38,344 nucleotides of DNA from a virus, in the IMG/VR virus record IMGVR_UViG_3300027985_000213. One strand, 5' to 3'. Within the stretch, counting starts at the first letter, position 1. Each line of letters opens with the position of its first letter. The position numbers were made by a program, and so were the translations under genes. Positions 6,631-16,869 of this stretch are shown piece after piece. The notes beneath the pieces were generated by a model. It searched no databases. It was not told where the DNA came from and was given only the letters and a program-made list of their open reading frames with translations.

Positions 6631-7392
6631 CTATACCTCCTCTCTTGCGTAATCTTCGCCGCAAACCATGATCGGCGTTGTTGTACTGTTTTGAGTTTCT
6701 TCTACTTCTATAGCGCTTTCTTGCGTTTCAAATTGCGCTTGTAAGGCTAGGCAATTTTCTAAACCGCAAACCGCTTGCCCTGTTAATAGATAGGCGTTTG
6801 TATAAAAAAAACCGCCTACGCTCTGCACGTGGTCGGTTCTTTCTGACTGCGTTATGTTGTTGTCGAAATTGCAATGTTCTGTTTCTGACGCTGCAGGTTC
6901 AAACGCCATAAATATTAGATCTTCGATCCTGTATTTAATACTCGTTTCTCTTTGCAATGCAAACTCAAAATAAATATTCATCGGCAGTATTTCATCTATG
7001 ATCTTATTTAGCGTGTTTACGCTGCTTGCGTCTGTGTTTATAGTAACTATCATGTGCATGTTTGCTATGTCGTTTAGTAACTCTATGCCCTCTGAATAAT
7101 TGGCAAGCATCGCCGTTAATTCTGATAGGCTCATTCTTCGCCTGTTCATCATTGAGATAATGTATATCTTTCTGTCGTCTAGGCTTTGCGCTGCCTTTGG
7201 TGTTATGCCTAGTATTTTTTCAAATCTTGCAATTCCTGTTTCATTTGCTGTAAATACAAACATATTGCTGATTACTTCATTTGTTAGTGTTTTTAATTTC
7301 TCAAACTCTATATCTTCCGCTTTTGCAATCTGCTGCATTTCTTTGATTTGCTGTATTACCGGCGGATAATGATTTATGATTATTCCTTGCAT
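6631..7392 (-). CDS. XkdU/YmfQ-like baseplate-associated tail protein (DUF2313-like)
   Basis: 253 aa directly after the baseplate J-like gene, as in PBSX. The N-terminus (YPPVIQQIKEMQ.I...E) is typical of this family from memory. Confidence 0.5.
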   Translation of the reverse strand: MQGIIINHYPPVIQQIKEMQQIAKAEDIEFEKLKTLTNEVISNMFVFTANETGIARFEKILGITPKAAQSLDDRKIYIISMMNRRRMSLSELTAMLANYSEGIELLNDIANMHMIVTINTDASSVNTLNKIIDEILPMNIYFEFALQRETSIKYRIEDLIFMAFEPAASETEHCNFDNNITQSERTDHVQSVGGFFYTNAYLLTGQAVCGLENCLALQAQFETQESAIEVEETQNSTTTPIMVCGEDYAREEV

Positions 7393-8444
7393 GTAATCAC
7401 GCCCCTAACCGGTACGGCGTTTGGATCTAATAGCAGGTTTTCGGCTACTCCGTTTAGTTCTGTGTTTTGCACGTCTATTACGCCTTCCACGCTTGCTATT
7501 GCCGCATTTATTTTCAGTATTCTAACCGTTAGATAATCTTCATTCTCCCAAGTTTTCGTTAACTCTAAATAATAATCATCTAGTTTCGTTTGGATCATCG
7601 GTAACAAATCTTCCCACACATAACCGGTATCTAGCATTACGTTTGCTGCTATGTCGATCGTCGTTGCTGCGCATGGGTAAATGTCTACTATATGGTATAT
7701 CGTGGCTTTGCCTTCGCCTTCTCCTTGCTTTCCTATTGGATCTATAATTTCTTGTACGTCTGATACTAGCGTTTCGTTTGGCGTGCTGTATGCGCTATCT
7801 AGGAAGTATATTTTAATTCTGTTTTCGTCTTTAGTTACTCTGTATACCTTGCAGGCTCCCACGCCCTCTATGTCGTGCATTATGCTTTTGTATTGCGCCC
7901 TATTCCCTCCGAACGCTTGCGCCGCTCCTACAATTGATAAATACCTTGCCCTATATACTTCTGTTTCTTCGTCGTCCCTTGCAGGCGTTAATAGTTCTGT
8001 CAATTCGCCTGTTTCATATCCTGCGATAAATTCAATCGGCGTTAAGTCGCCTTTTTTCGTGTTACCTATAATGCCTGCCTGTTCGCACATTAACCTATAG
8101 GCTTGATCTTCCGTTTCCTCTGTGCATATATATGTCAATTCACCTGCAGAAAACCTAGCGCCTATTTCTATTTCTACGTTGAATTGTGCTTTCCATATCG
8201 CATTAGTTTTTTCAAGTGGCAGGATCCCTCTTTCTTTTCCTCTCAAAATCAAATGCTCTCTGTCTGCAGTTTCCGCATATCCGTTTTTATCAATTAAGCC
8301 TAAATTGATGTAGGCTTGTTCAAATTCCGTCGCCGCTCCTGCGAACGAGTGATTTATTAGCGTCCCCTCTTCTTTGCTTATATCGCTGTCAACGGTATCT
8401 AACAAATCTTTCATAATATTGTTTTGCGTTTTGTCCTCAAACAT
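7380..8444 (-). CDS. Baseplate J-like protein (XkdT-like)
   Basis: 354 aa. Size, position and general sequence character match baseplate J / gp47-type proteins. SD is AAAGGAGG. Confidence 0.65.
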   Translation of the reverse strand: MFEDKTQNNIMKDLLDTVDSDISKEEGTLINHSFAGAATEFEQAYINLGLIDKNGYAETADREHLILRGKERGILPLEKTNAIWKAQFNVEIEIGARFSAGELTYICTEETEDQAYRLMCEQAGIIGNTKKGDLTPIEFIAGYETGELTELLTPARDDEETEVYRARYLSIVGAAQAFGGNRAQYKSIMHDIEGVGACKVYRVTKDENRIKIYFLDSAYSTPNETLVSDVQEIIDPIGKQGEGEGKATIYHIVDIYPCAATTIDIAANVMLDTGYVWEDLLPMIQTKLDDYYLELTKTWENEDYLTVRILKINAAIASVEGVIDVQNTELNGVAENLLLDPNAVPVRGVITCKE

Positions 8445-8457
8445 CGCCGTACCTCCT

Positions 8458-8874
8458 TTAGATCTTAATACTATTCATTTTTATATCTCCGTAAATCGTG
8501 TTCGCCGTAAAACTTATCTGCAGCTTTTCGTTTTCCACTTTCAAAGAAAAGTCCGACACACTTTTTATATTTTCATTAATCAATAGGCAATCTTCAGTCA
8601 TGCGTTTAGCCTCTGTTTCTAAATACTCTTCTGTGTAACCCTTGCCTATTAATCCCTCAAACTCGTTGCCGTAATCCCACGAATAAATATGATACCTGTA
8701 TCTCGCCGTTTGTAGCGTTAGCCAAATCCATATTTTAATAGCCTCTAACCCTTCGACTATCCTTCCTGTTAATTGCCCTGTTTCTAAATCTATTTCGTAT
8801 TCTTTCGGCACTTTCGCATTTTCCGCCGTCGTTCCTGCGCTTTCCTCTATGTACGTAGGGAATAAATTCATCAT
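8458..8874 (-). CDS. Baseplate wedge component (XkdS-like, DUF2634-like)
   Basis: 138 aa at the position upstream of baseplate J. The motif IWIWLTLQTARYRYHIYSWDYG resembles XkdS-family proteins. Confidence 0.45.
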   Translation of the reverse strand: MMNLFPTYIEESAGTTAENAKVPKEYEIDLETGQLTGRIVEGLEAIKIWIWLTLQTARYRYHIYSWDYGNEFEGLIGKGYTEEYLETEAKRMTEDCLLINENIKSVSDFSLKVENEKLQISFTANTIYGDIKMNSIKI

Positions 8875-9177
8875 TTACACCAACCTTTCTAAGATAATAT
8901 ATAGTTCGTCGCTTACCCTGTATACCGCTACTTTGTCGCCTTTTTTTAGCGCTCCTATGAACGTGCTATTATCCTTTTTTGATGGCGTGTATTCGTCAAC
9001 CGCATAATGATAGCCTGTCTTTAAGTGCTCGGCTATCAATAAATCGTTTCCGCTTAATTTTAATTTACCTATGGCGCATACCGTTTCGCTTTCCATAATT
9101 CCTATTTGGATCGGCGGCGTGTTGTCTTTTCCGCCTTCTTTTCTCATTACCTTTAATATTTCTTCGTAAGGGTTCAT
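8875..9177 (-). CDS. Small baseplate protein (XkdR-like)
   Basis: 100 aa with SD GGAAGGAGG. Assigned by synteny with the PBSX xkdQ-R-S-T order. Confidence 0.4.
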   Translation of the reverse strand: MNPYEEILKVMRKEGGKDNTPPIQIGIMESETVCAIGKLKLSGNDLLIAEHLKTGYHYAVDEYTPSKKDNSTFIGALKKGDKVAVYRVSDELYIILERLV

Positions 9178-9192
9178 TGATAGCCTCCTTCC

Positions 9193-10185
9193 TTAATTTT
9201 CTGTGTATTCTTTGCTATCCATTACGTTTTTAAAGTTGAGTTCTAAACTCATAATGTGCGTGCCGTTTTCCCATGTATGGCTATCGTTTTCTATCCAAAA
9301 TAAGCCGTTCAAACCTGTTGCTTTGTCGTATACTTCTACGCCGTTTCCTGCAATACAATTTATTTTTCCGTTTATTCCGTCTAAGGTTACTTTCTTTTCA
9401 ACGCCCAATAATAGATTATTAGCTGCTGCAGTTTCATTTACGCCACTTTCTTTCTTGTATATCTGTTGATATATTCCGTAACTTGCTATCCAGTCGGCAT
9501 TTTTTACCTCGCCTATCTGTTTTCCTGCGTCGTCGAAAATCTTAACTACGTTCACCATGTTTTCTATTGTTTCTTGATAGGCAGCGTTTGTTATATTGTA
9601 ACCCTCTGCTAAAATAAAGTTTTCCACCTTCGAACCCTTTACCTCTACCGATAGTTCAGATCCGTTCATTCTGCAGATATATAGTTTTCCGGTTTGCCTC
9701 GACGCTTTTGTATATGCCATCATTATTATGTCGTATATCGTGCTGCCGTCTATAATCATTTTCTTAACCGTTGCTTTGCTCTCGGCTATGGATCCTGTTT
9801 TTATTTTGAAGTCTGCGCACACCTTTTTCGTGATTTCTTCCGGCGTTGTGTTCTGAAAATTGTATACCGCTGTGCTTCTAAGCAGGTGCGCCAATAGATC
9901 TGTGCAGCTGTAAATTATGGATCCTGTTTCGCTTTTCTTTTCTTTCGTCTGTACTTCTCCATAAAATATCGTGCTGCCATCTTCTATTAGCTTTATTACA
10001 TCGCCTGCAGCTATGTTTAATTTTAGCTTTTCTATTGTTTCGTCGTCCGGCGCATTTGCTATTGATACTTCCGCCGTTCTAGCTGCTTGCGTCGTTGATC
10101 CTGCCCAAGCTACCGACGCTACAACCTCTGTAATGTCCATAGATTGCGCCACGCCGTTTTTTATTTTTAACCATTTTACAATCAT
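9193..10185 (-). CDS. Baseplate hub / late-control-D-like protein (XkdQ-like)
   Basis: 330 aa between the LysM protein and the small baseplate proteins. Assigned by synteny. Confidence 0.5.
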   Translation of the reverse strand: MIVKWLKIKNGVAQSMDITEVVASVAWAGSTTQAARTAEVSIANAPDDETIEKLKLNIAAGDVIKLIEDGSTIFYGEVQTKEKKSETGSIIYSCTDLLAHLLRSTAVYNFQNTTPEEITKKVCADFKIKTGSIAESKATVKKMIIDGSTIYDIIMMAYTKASRQTGKLYICRMNGSELSVEVKGSKVENFILAEGYNITNAAYQETIENMVNVVKIFDDAGKQIGEVKNADWIASYGIYQQIYKKESGVNETAAANNLLLGVEKKVTLDGINGKINCIAGNGVEVYDKATGLNGLFWIENDSHTWENGTHIMSLELNFKNVMDSKEYTEN

Positions 10186-10820
10186 ACGGTAATCACCAAC
10201 TTTTGCCCTGCGTATATTTTATTCGGGTTTCCGCCTATTGAATTTTTGTTTTGATTGTATATTGCTTGCCAATTAGCGCTATTCCCTGTTGTTTTCTTTG
10301 CTATTTTGCATAACGTATCGCCTTTTACGACTGTGTACATCGTGCTTTCTACCGCTTTCGCTGCCCTGCTTGTTGCTGCAGGTGTAATTTTTTTTGCTAC
10401 GGTTTCCCTTTTGTTGTCCGCCGTAACCTTTACTTTTCTGTACTCTTTAAATTCTATCGTGAAATTAATGTCCTTTGTTCCGTCGTTTTCGCCCCATGCG
10501 AAACTCTCTATTGTGCATTCCATGTTTACCGGCGTTCCTGTCATTGTAAGCCTCAATACGCCTTTATTCTTCATTTCTTCAATTATTTTTACACTTTCCA
10601 TCGGCGACGGAAAACCCGAATACTGGCAAAAATAATAATTTTGTTTCGGGAAAAACGAAGCAAGAGAAACCGTTTTAAGATTTCTCTTGCCTAATAAGTT
10701 GATTTCCCCTAGCGCATTTATATTAATTGGCGTGTTGTTGCTTGTGCTTGATAGTTCGTATTCTGCCGGTATAACCGCAAATCTAAAACTATTTTCGTTT
10801 TGTTTTAACCATATTTCCAA
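10182..10820 (-). CDS. LysM-domain tail protein (XkdP-like)
   Basis: C-terminal LysM signature YTVVKGDTLCKIAKK....NWQAIYNQNK......IYAGQKLVI. TTG start with SD AAAGGAGG. Confidence 0.75.
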   Translation of the reverse strand: MEIWLKQNENSFRFAVIPAEYELSSTSNNTPININALGEINLLGKRNLKTVSLASFFPKQNYYFCQYSGFPSPMESVKIIEEMKNKGVLRLTMTGTPVNMECTIESFAWGENDGTKDINFTIEFKEYRKVKVTADNKRETVAKKITPAATSRAAKAVESTMYTVVKGDTLCKIAKKTTGNSANWQAIYNQNKNSIGGNPNKIYAGQKLVITV

Positions 10821-10834
10821 TTATACCGCCTCCT

Positions 10835-13744
10835 TTAAGCTGTTCCTGTGTTTAGTGCAACTTTCTTTAATTTCAGCGCTAGCGCCTCTGCAATGCGATC
10901 TATATCCTCATCGCTGCGCACTTCTATTTTGTCCGCTAACTTTTGGATCGTGATTGTTATTGCTCCTGCAGCTGTTGCCGCACCTTCTTTTCTTGCCATT
11001 GCAATTGATTTATCGTGAGGGTATACTCTCGAACCTCTAGGCAGATCTACAATTTCTCCGCCTCTGTCGTGTATTACCGCCGTTCCGCCTTGCCAATTGC
11101 TCGTTCCTTTATAAAGCATCGGTATAGTAGGAATGTTTAAATCAAATCCTTTTCCGCCGATCATTGGCACCCAATCCGGAATTTTTATATCCAGTTTATT
11201 AATGCCGCTTATAGCGCCGTTGATTATTCCGATCACCGCATTTATTGGCGCTTTCGCCAATGCTGCGAAACTGTCGAAAATTCCTTTAAAGATCGTTTTT
11301 ATTCCTTCCCACGCCTTTGACCAATTACCAGTAAACACACCCGAAATAAACGTTGTGATGCCGTTGAATACCGTTTTTAGTCCTTCTATTACACCTTTGA
11401 TTGTGTCTATTGAGCTTGCAATGTAACCCTTTGCCATTTCAAAAGCTATTCTAAGTGGTGGGAATGCTTCAACCGCCTTATTGAACGCCGACGTAAACAC
11501 TGTTTTGAATTGGTTTAACTTCGATAGCGTTCCGGCTACCATATTTCCTATGGCGTTTTTTACTGTGTCTGATACCGATTTGCCCCAATTTTTCATAAAT
11601 GATAAAACTGCTTTGAAACTTCCTTGTATCTTGTTTCCTAGTTCTATCGCTTTAGCTTTTATTTTGTCCCAATTTCTATAAAGAAGAACGCCTACCGCTA
11701 TTGCCGCTCCAATTCCGATTATAATCAATGCGATCGGACTTGTTAAAAACGTTACCGCTGCAGCTAATCCGCTCGTTGCCGTTGTTGCAATCCCTGCTAC
11801 TGTCGTCCAAATTGTAGTCGCTGCGCTTTTCGCTCCTATTCCTATCGCTGCTATATTGTCCGCTGCGTACATTGCGTAAATCGCTGCCGTTTGTGCTCCC
11901 GATGCCGCCGCCGACGCTATAGCGCTTGCGTTGTATGCAATAACTAGCGCTGTGATCGTCCCTACTGCTACGCCTGCTATTTCTAACGCCGTTCGATTTT
12001 CTTCGCACCAATCTTTAATTACGTTGTTTTTGAATGCTTTTTCTACAATTGTTAGGAAATTGTTGAATTTCTTTGCTCCGCTTTCCACTGCGCTTAGCAA
12101 GGCATCAAATACAATTAGTGCTCCTTTTACTGCACCTTCAAAAGCCGCTTTGATCTGTGGCATTCTTTCTACGATCTCATTTCTGATCTTAGAATTGAAC
12201 AACCCTGCAAAACTTTTGATATATCCGCTTATCTTTCCAAATATACTACTTAGCGTCGTTGCTACTGTTGAAAACTTTTCTTTGAACCGTTCTACTGTAA
12301 AACCCGATTTTTCAAACGCCGTTTTAAACCAACCGCCAACTTTATCCAAAAATACTTTTACTTTGCCCCAATTCTTTATAATTAAAAAAGCTGCTATCGC
12401 TATGGCTGCTAGAACCCCTATAACTATTCCTGCAGGACTTGTAATCGTTCCTACTATCCCTTTGAAATTTGCTATAGTTTTAAACATGCTTCCAAATTCT
12501 CTAGTAACTCCACCTATCAGCATTACCGTTTTCCCGAATATCAAAATTGCAGGTCCCACCGTTGCCGCTACTGCAGCAAATTTTACAATTGCGTTTACTT
12601 GCCCTTCGCTTAGATTGTTTAACCTGTCGCCTATTGCTCCTATGATGTCTGCAAACTTATTAAAAACCGGTGTTAGTGCTGCTCCGAATTGGATCAATGA
12701 ATTTTTAACTTTCGTTATTGATATATTCATTCTTTCGGCAGGCGTTAGCATTTTTTCGTATGCCGCTTGCGTCGCTCCTGTTGCGTCGCCCATTAACCCC
12801 AAAGCCTCTGTAAAGTCTTTGGATCCTTTTCCGGCTAATACCATAACGCTATTTAGCGCCTCTGTTGATCCGAATAGGCTCGCCATTGTTTCGGCGTTTC
12901 CGCCTGTTTTTTCTTTAATTTCCGCTAGGAATTGCGCCCACCCAACGCTCGATAGGTGCGCCGCTGAAAAGTCCAACCCCAACGACTTAGCCGCTTTGCT
13001 TGCGTCTGCTGTCGGTTTTAGAATATTGCTATATGCTGCTTTTAAGCCCGTTACTGCCTCGCTCGTTCCTATACCGTTTTTCGTCAATACTGCTATACTG
13101 CTGAATAATTCTTGTGTTGACACGTTCAAACTTGACGCAATCGGTATCACTTTGCCCATGCTACTAGCCATGTCGCCAAATGATGTTTTACCGTAGTTTT
13201 GAGCAACTAGCATTTGATCGCTTATGTCTGTTGCTTTGCTCGCCTCTAGTCCGTATGCGTTTAATACTGTTGTTAATCCATCTACCGCCGTTGTGGCGTC
13301 CGTAAATCCGCCTTTGGCAGCTTTTATAGCTGTGTTTACAAATTCAACGCTATTTGCTGTTTTTACGCCCGCTGAAATGGCTTGATACTGTGCCTCCGCT
13401 ATGTCCGATAAGCCTACGCCCACTGTATTAGATAGGCTTACGACTTGTTTTTTTAACGTTTCCATCGGTACGGCTGTTGTGTCTGCGATTGTTCCTACTT
13501 TCGCCATTGAATTTTCAAAATCATTGCTCATCTTAACCGCCGCTGCAGCTACTCCAACGATCGGCAGCGTAATAGATTTGGTTAGATTTGACCCGACGTT
13601 TGAAATTGTTTTTCCTGCGCTTTGCATTTGTTTGCCTGCGTTTATTGCTTCGTTCCCCATTTTTCGCATACTCTTTATTGCTTCTTTAGATGGATTGGTA
13701 AAGCCATCTATAAACTGCAACGCCGTACTAATTACTCTTCCCAA
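10835..13744 (-). CDS. Tail tape measure protein
   Basis: 969 aa, Ala/Gly/Ile-rich with long helical and TM-like central repeats. It follows the tail chaperone. TTG start after a GGGGGTGAG SD. Confidence 0.85.
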   Translation of the reverse strand: MGRVISTALQFIDGFTNPSKEAIKSMRKMGNEAINAGKQMQSAGKTISNVGSNLTKSITLPIVGVAAAAVKMSNDFENSMAKVGTIADTTAVPMETLKKQVVSLSNTVGVGLSDIAEAQYQAISAGVKTANSVEFVNTAIKAAKGGFTDATTAVDGLTTVLNAYGLEASKATDISDQMLVAQNYGKTSFGDMASSMGKVIPIASSLNVSTQELFSSIAVLTKNGIGTSEAVTGLKAAYSNILKPTADASKAAKSLGLDFSAAHLSSVGWAQFLAEIKEKTGGNAETMASLFGSTEALNSVMVLAGKGSKDFTEALGLMGDATGATQAAYEKMLTPAERMNISITKVKNSLIQFGAALTPVFNKFADIIGAIGDRLNNLSEGQVNAIVKFAAVAATVGPAILIFGKTVMLIGGVTREFGSMFKTIANFKGIVGTITSPAGIVIGVLAAIAIAAFLIIKNWGKVKVFLDKVGGWFKTAFEKSGFTVERFKEKFSTVATTLSSIFGKISGYIKSFAGLFNSKIRNEIVERMPQIKAAFEGAVKGALIVFDALLSAVESGAKKFNNFLTIVEKAFKNNVIKDWCEENRTALEIAGVAVGTITALVIAYNASAIASAAASGAQTAAIYAMYAADNIAAIGIGAKSAATTIWTTVAGIATTATSGLAAAVTFLTSPIALIIIGIGAAIAVGVLLYRNWDKIKAKAIELGNKIQGSFKAVLSFMKNWGKSVSDTVKNAIGNMVAGTLSKLNQFKTVFTSAFNKAVEAFPPLRIAFEMAKGYIASSIDTIKGVIEGLKTVFNGITTFISGVFTGNWSKAWEGIKTIFKGIFDSFAALAKAPINAVIGIINGAISGINKLDIKIPDWVPMIGGKGFDLNIPTIPMLYKGTSNWQGGTAVIHDRGGEIVDLPRGSRVYPHDKSIAMARKEGAATAAGAITITIQKLADKIEVRSDEDIDRIAEALALKLKKVALNTGTA

Positions 13745-13746
13745 AT

Positions 13747-13905
13747 CTACTCACCCCCTAACATTTTTGCTATTTGCTCGTTTATTTCGTCTTTATCCTC
13801 GATCTCTTGGCGCATGTATGCCCTTGCAACCCTCTTTTGTCCTTCGGGCAAACTCATGTAATCAAACGGTTTCCAATTTTTAAAGCGATAGTGAAGGTAA
13901 TCCAT
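13747..13905 (-). CDS. Small ORF between tail chaperone and tape measure (52 aa)
   Basis: Own translation: MDYLHYRFKNWKPFDYMSLPEGQKRVARAYMRQEIEDKDEINEQIAKMLGGE. SD is AGAGAGG. Too short for the ORF track. It occupies the slot of the second chaperone ORF. Confidence 0.45.
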   Translation of the reverse strand: MDYLHYRFKNWKPFDYMSLPEGQKRVARAYMRQEIEDKDEINEQIAKMLGGE

Positions 13906-13928
13906 GTTAACCTCTCTATCGCTTTTTA

Positions 13929-14336
13929 TTAGTTTTTTATTTCTTTTGTCGTTTCTTCGTCTGATTTAAAGCCACTGATTTCCGAAATCTCCGTTGCAAT
14001 CTTGTTAATTTCGCCTTTAAAGATTTTTTTTGCTGCGTCTGCAGGTGTTGCAACTCCCAAATGTCTTAATAGTGCGTCGTCTTTTAAATTCGGCTCTACA
14101 ATCCCTGCAGCTGCAATTTTTGCATTTGTGCTAAATGCTCTTCCATAATCTACTTCTCCGTCTTCATCAAGTCCGCTTGCGCTCAATGCTCCGAATAGAT
14201 CGCCGTCTACCGCTTGGATCTTAACTTTTGCCTCTTCGCCTAAAAGTTTTGATAACGCTTTACTCGCTAGTTCTTTTGTTTCGATTTTTTCAAATTCCTT
14301 TTTATCGACTGCCATTAATTTTTCAACTAAATTCAT
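13929..14336 (-). CDS. Tail assembly chaperone (XkdN-like)
   Basis: 135 aa, acidic, located between the tube and tape measure genes. SD is GAAGGAG. Confidence 0.55.
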   Translation of the reverse strand: MNLVEKLMAVDKKEFEKIETKELASKALSKLLGEEAKVKIQAVDGDLFGALSASGLDEDGEVDYGRAFSTNAKIAAAGIVEPNLKDDALLRHLGVATPADAAKKIFKGEINKIATEISEISGFKSDEETTKEIKN

Positions 14337-14351
14337 AACGCATTCTCCTTC

Positions 14352-14388
14352 TCATAAAATAAAAAGGGCTGCGCATCGCAACCCTTTT
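14352..14388 (-). terminator. Rho-independent terminator/attenuator after the tube gene
   Basis: Minus strand AAAGGGUUGCG-AUG-CGCAGCCCUUU forms an 11-bp stem followed by UUAUUUUAU. Confidence 0.55.
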
Positions 14389-14399
14389 AGTAATTTGTA

Positions 14400-14828
14400 T
14401 TAGATTGTTTGGATTGGTTCCCAATCTCCAAACGTGAAGCTGTAACTTTCTTCGCCTGTCTTGCCTGCCTCCCAATCCGCAAGGATCATTTTGTCTAGCA
14501 CGCAATAGTAATACGCTACCCTTTCTGCTCCGATAGCGTCCGGATCGCTTACGTTTGAAATAATCGTGTGTGTTGGTGTCTTGCCTGCTTTTACCAATGC
14601 CCCGACTTTGTTCATAACAAACGAATTGATATGATGTAACTTTAATTCGCCTTTAGGCTCTAGTCCTGTGATCTTTTGACCGTCTATCAAACTTTGGCAT
14701 TGCGTAATTGCTGTTTTCTTAAAGCCTACTTCTGCTTTGCAAGCTGTTACCTGCGCCAAATATTCGCCATCAAACCAAACCTCGCCCCATGTACCGTTAA
14801 TAACTTGTTCCGGTCTAAATCCCTTCAT
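14400..14828 (-). CDS. Tail tube protein (XkdM-like)
   Basis: 142 aa. INGTWGEVWFDGEYLAQVTACKAEV parallels XkdM ISGKEGRLFLDGEEMAHIKTFEANV, and the C-terminal FTFGDWEP parallels FTFEDFDVP (recalled from memory). Confidence 0.7.
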   Translation of the reverse strand: MKGFRPEQVINGTWGEVWFDGEYLAQVTACKAEVGFKKTAITQCQSLIDGQKITGLEPKGELKLHHINSFVMNKVGALVKAGKTPTHTIISNVSDPDAIGAERVAYYYCVLDKMILADWEAGKTGEESYSFTFGDWEPIQTI

Positions 14829-14842
14829 TTAACTATACCTCC

Positions 14843-15970
14843 TTAGATATAAATAGGCATCGCAATATCTTCTATTGCATCTAGGATTTTTACGTTGCCT
14901 TTTAAGAAAACTTTTGATCCTGTGTCTGCTACTCTAATGTCGTCCTCTGACATTTCCGACGTGTCAATGCCTTTAGACTGCAGATAGATTGTTTGCGCCT
15001 CTATGTCGATGTCTACCGCATAACTCGAAATAATGCCATCTTTCAATAGCTGTTTGAAATATCCACCGATTGCAGTCATTAGAATGCACTTGTTGTTGTA
15101 TGAGTTTGCATATTTGCCTAAATAGCTGTCTTGTGCCGTCTTTGTGATGTCGTCGTTAATCATATCCATAGCTTCGACGATTTTGATTTTCTTGAAGCTA
15201 TCGCCTTTTCCGTCGATCGTTGTTACGAAACTGTTTACCGCACGAACAACCTTAACCTTTTCTCCGTCGTAGAATAAAATAAACTGTCCTTCATCTACCG
15301 GCGTGTCGATGTCGTTTAGTCTTGTGCAGTCCGATAATTCCGGCAATGGTGCATATGTAGCCGAAATTGTAAGCGGCGTTCCTGCGATTAGTCCGGCAAT
15401 TCTCGAACAATATTGCTCCGCTGTATAGTTTGTGTCTACTGTGGTTACTGTTCCATCTTCTCCGGTTACGCTTTCAGTCTTAACGTTTTTCTCGATTGTG
15501 TAGTTAATAACACCCTCGGTGTCTGCTGCTGTGTTTGGCAAAACTGCTTTTACCTTCTTTTTCTTGTTTGTTCTTACTGACTTGATCCACGTCGCAATAT
15601 CTTGCCCTTTTCCGTCTGTTTGAACCGTTGGAATTGCCAAATAATCAAACTTGATTGTTTCGATCGCTTCGAGTGCTGCGCTATATCCTGCCTCTACTAC
15701 TGCTGTTTCTGCATCTGCAGCAATCCCCATGCAGTACACCAACACTTTTTTAGGTGCATTTACATACCCGATCATCGCAAGTTTGATTTGTTCTTTTGTC
15801 GTGTCACTTAATCCGGTTGGTATGTCGCTTTCTAAAACTACTGTTACCGGATTTGTTGCCGGCGCTGCTAATGTATCTTTTACTAATAGCATTACAACGC
15901 CTCTTTCGCCTCTTTTAATGGCTGTGATCGCTTTTTCTATAAAGCTGATATTAATACTAGGTGCTCCCAT
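14843..15970 (-). CDS. Contractile tail sheath protein (XkdK-like)
   Basis: 375 aa immediately upstream of the tube gene. SD is GAAAGGAG. Assigned by size and synteny. Confidence 0.65.
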   Translation of the reverse strand: MGAPSINISFIEKAITAIKRGERGVVMLLVKDTLAAPATNPVTVVLESDIPTGLSDTTKEQIKLAMIGYVNAPKKVLVYCMGIAADAETAVVEAGYSAALEAIETIKFDYLAIPTVQTDGKGQDIATWIKSVRTNKKKKVKAVLPNTAADTEGVINYTIEKNVKTESVTGEDGTVTTVDTNYTAEQYCSRIAGLIAGTPLTISATYAPLPELSDCTRLNDIDTPVDEGQFILFYDGEKVKVVRAVNSFVTTIDGKGDSFKKIKIVEAMDMINDDITKTAQDSYLGKYANSYNNKCILMTAIGGYFKQLLKDGIISSYAVDIDIEAQTIYLQSKGIDTSEMSEDDIRVADTGSKVFLKGNVKILDAIEDIAMPIYI

Positions 15971-15985
15971 TTTACAAACTCCTTT

Positions 15986-16420
15986 CTAACTCTTTGAAAT
16001 GTTTGTGTTTATTTCTGTTGCAACTTCCTGCGTTTCTTCTTTTCTCGTATTTTCTTTGTAGTCAAAATCAACGCTTATTTGCAGAATGTCCGAAAACTCG
16101 CCTATGAAGTCATGCGAAAATTCGCCAACCGTTAACTTTCTTTGTCCTACGGTAAAAACCATTCCGAACAGTTCTTTTATTTCGTCAACCTTCTGCAGCT
16201 GATCTAGTTCGTTTGTGTCTTTTTGAAAATACGTTATCACTACCGTAAATCCACCTGCAGCAAAGTTTTTCGTTTGCCCTCTACTGCCCTTGTCTAAAAC
16301 CTCTGCAAAGAATGCCGGTGTTTCAAATCCTTCTCTAATTTCTTTGCCGTATATTTTAATACTAGGGTATTTGCCTTTAAGCAGTCCGTTTATAGCCTGC
16401 TTTATTTCGACGTTTTTCAT
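15986..16420 (-). CDS. Tail terminator/completion-like protein (positional)
   Basis: 144-aa ORF between the gp10-like gene and the sheath gene. No motif recognised. Confidence 0.35.
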   Translation of the reverse strand: MKNVEIKQAINGLLKGKYPSIKIYGKEIREGFETPAFFAEVLDKGSRGQTKNFAAGGFTVVITYFQKDTNELDQLQKVDEIKELFGMVFTVGQRKLTVGEFSHDFIGEFSDILQISVDFDYKENTRKEETQEVATEINTNISKS

Positions 16421-16869
16421 AGATTACACCCTTTCAAAATGTCGTCTATCATTTCTTCGAAACGTTCCGGCACTATGTTTTCGTACTGATCTCTTGTTTT
16501 TTTCATAATGTGCTTGCCTTCGACAAACCCGACGACTTGACCGTTTTTTATTAATTGGTGTCCTAACTCGGCTAAGTGAAAATGTCTTGCTGAATTGTAC
16601 ACAAGCGCTGTCATTCCAACGCTTTCGTCTACAACCTTAGAACCCCACTTTTTACTAATTGCTTTTTTCTCTTGCCCTTCTTTTCTTTTGTGTGATTTTA
16701 AATCCGCCTTCGCTCTTTTTTTTGCCGACTTTTTAAAGTCATTCCCAAGATCTTTTAGCGTTTCTCGTGCTTGTGCCGGACACCGTTTAACTGCTTTTGT
16801 TAGATCTCTTTCTAATTCCTCTAATCCTTCTATCCTAAAATCGCAACTACTCGCCCAACCCTCAGCCAT
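16417..16869 (-). CDS. HK97 gp10-family head-tail joining protein
   Basis: The ARHFHLAELGH motif resembles the gp10-family HAHLxEFG motif. The ATG at 16869 has SD GAAGGTG 6 nt upstream; the ORF track starts at a GTG at 16878. Confidence 0.55.
   Translation of the reverse strand: MAEGWASSCDFRIEGLEELERDLTKAVKRCPAQARETLKDLGNDFKKSAKKRAKADLKSHKRKEGQEKKAISKKWGSKVVDESVGMTALVYNSARHFHLAELGHQLIKNGQVVGFVEGKHIMKKTRDQYENIVPERFEEMIDDILKGCNL

Noticed and set aside
11931-13196. Long plus-strand ORFs opposite minus-strand genes: 421 aa at 11931-13196, 160 aa at 13401-13883, 139 aa at 7681-8100, 143 aa at 32066-32497, and many of 60-130 aa.
   Set aside because: They lie antisense to well-supported genes, lack ribosome binding sites and encode low-complexity Ser/Phe/Leu-rich strings typical of shadow frames. 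The plus strand shows coding and promoter signals only at 34891-38136.
13905-13931. Programmed -1 frameshift joining the tail chaperone to the 52-aa ORF (G/GT-type).
   Set aside because: The 52-aa frame has an in-frame TAA immediately upstream of its ATG, a 23-nt gap separates it from the chaperone stop, and it has its own AGAGAGG SD. Independent initiation is therefore the simpler reading.
14323-14505. Same-strand out-of-frame nested ORFs: 14323-14505, 28322-28537, 32183-32392, 11676-12011, 2871-3095 and 1571-1786.
   Set aside because: Each lies inside a longer gene with clear family motifs, has no SD and has Arg/Ser-rich composition typical of an alternative frame.
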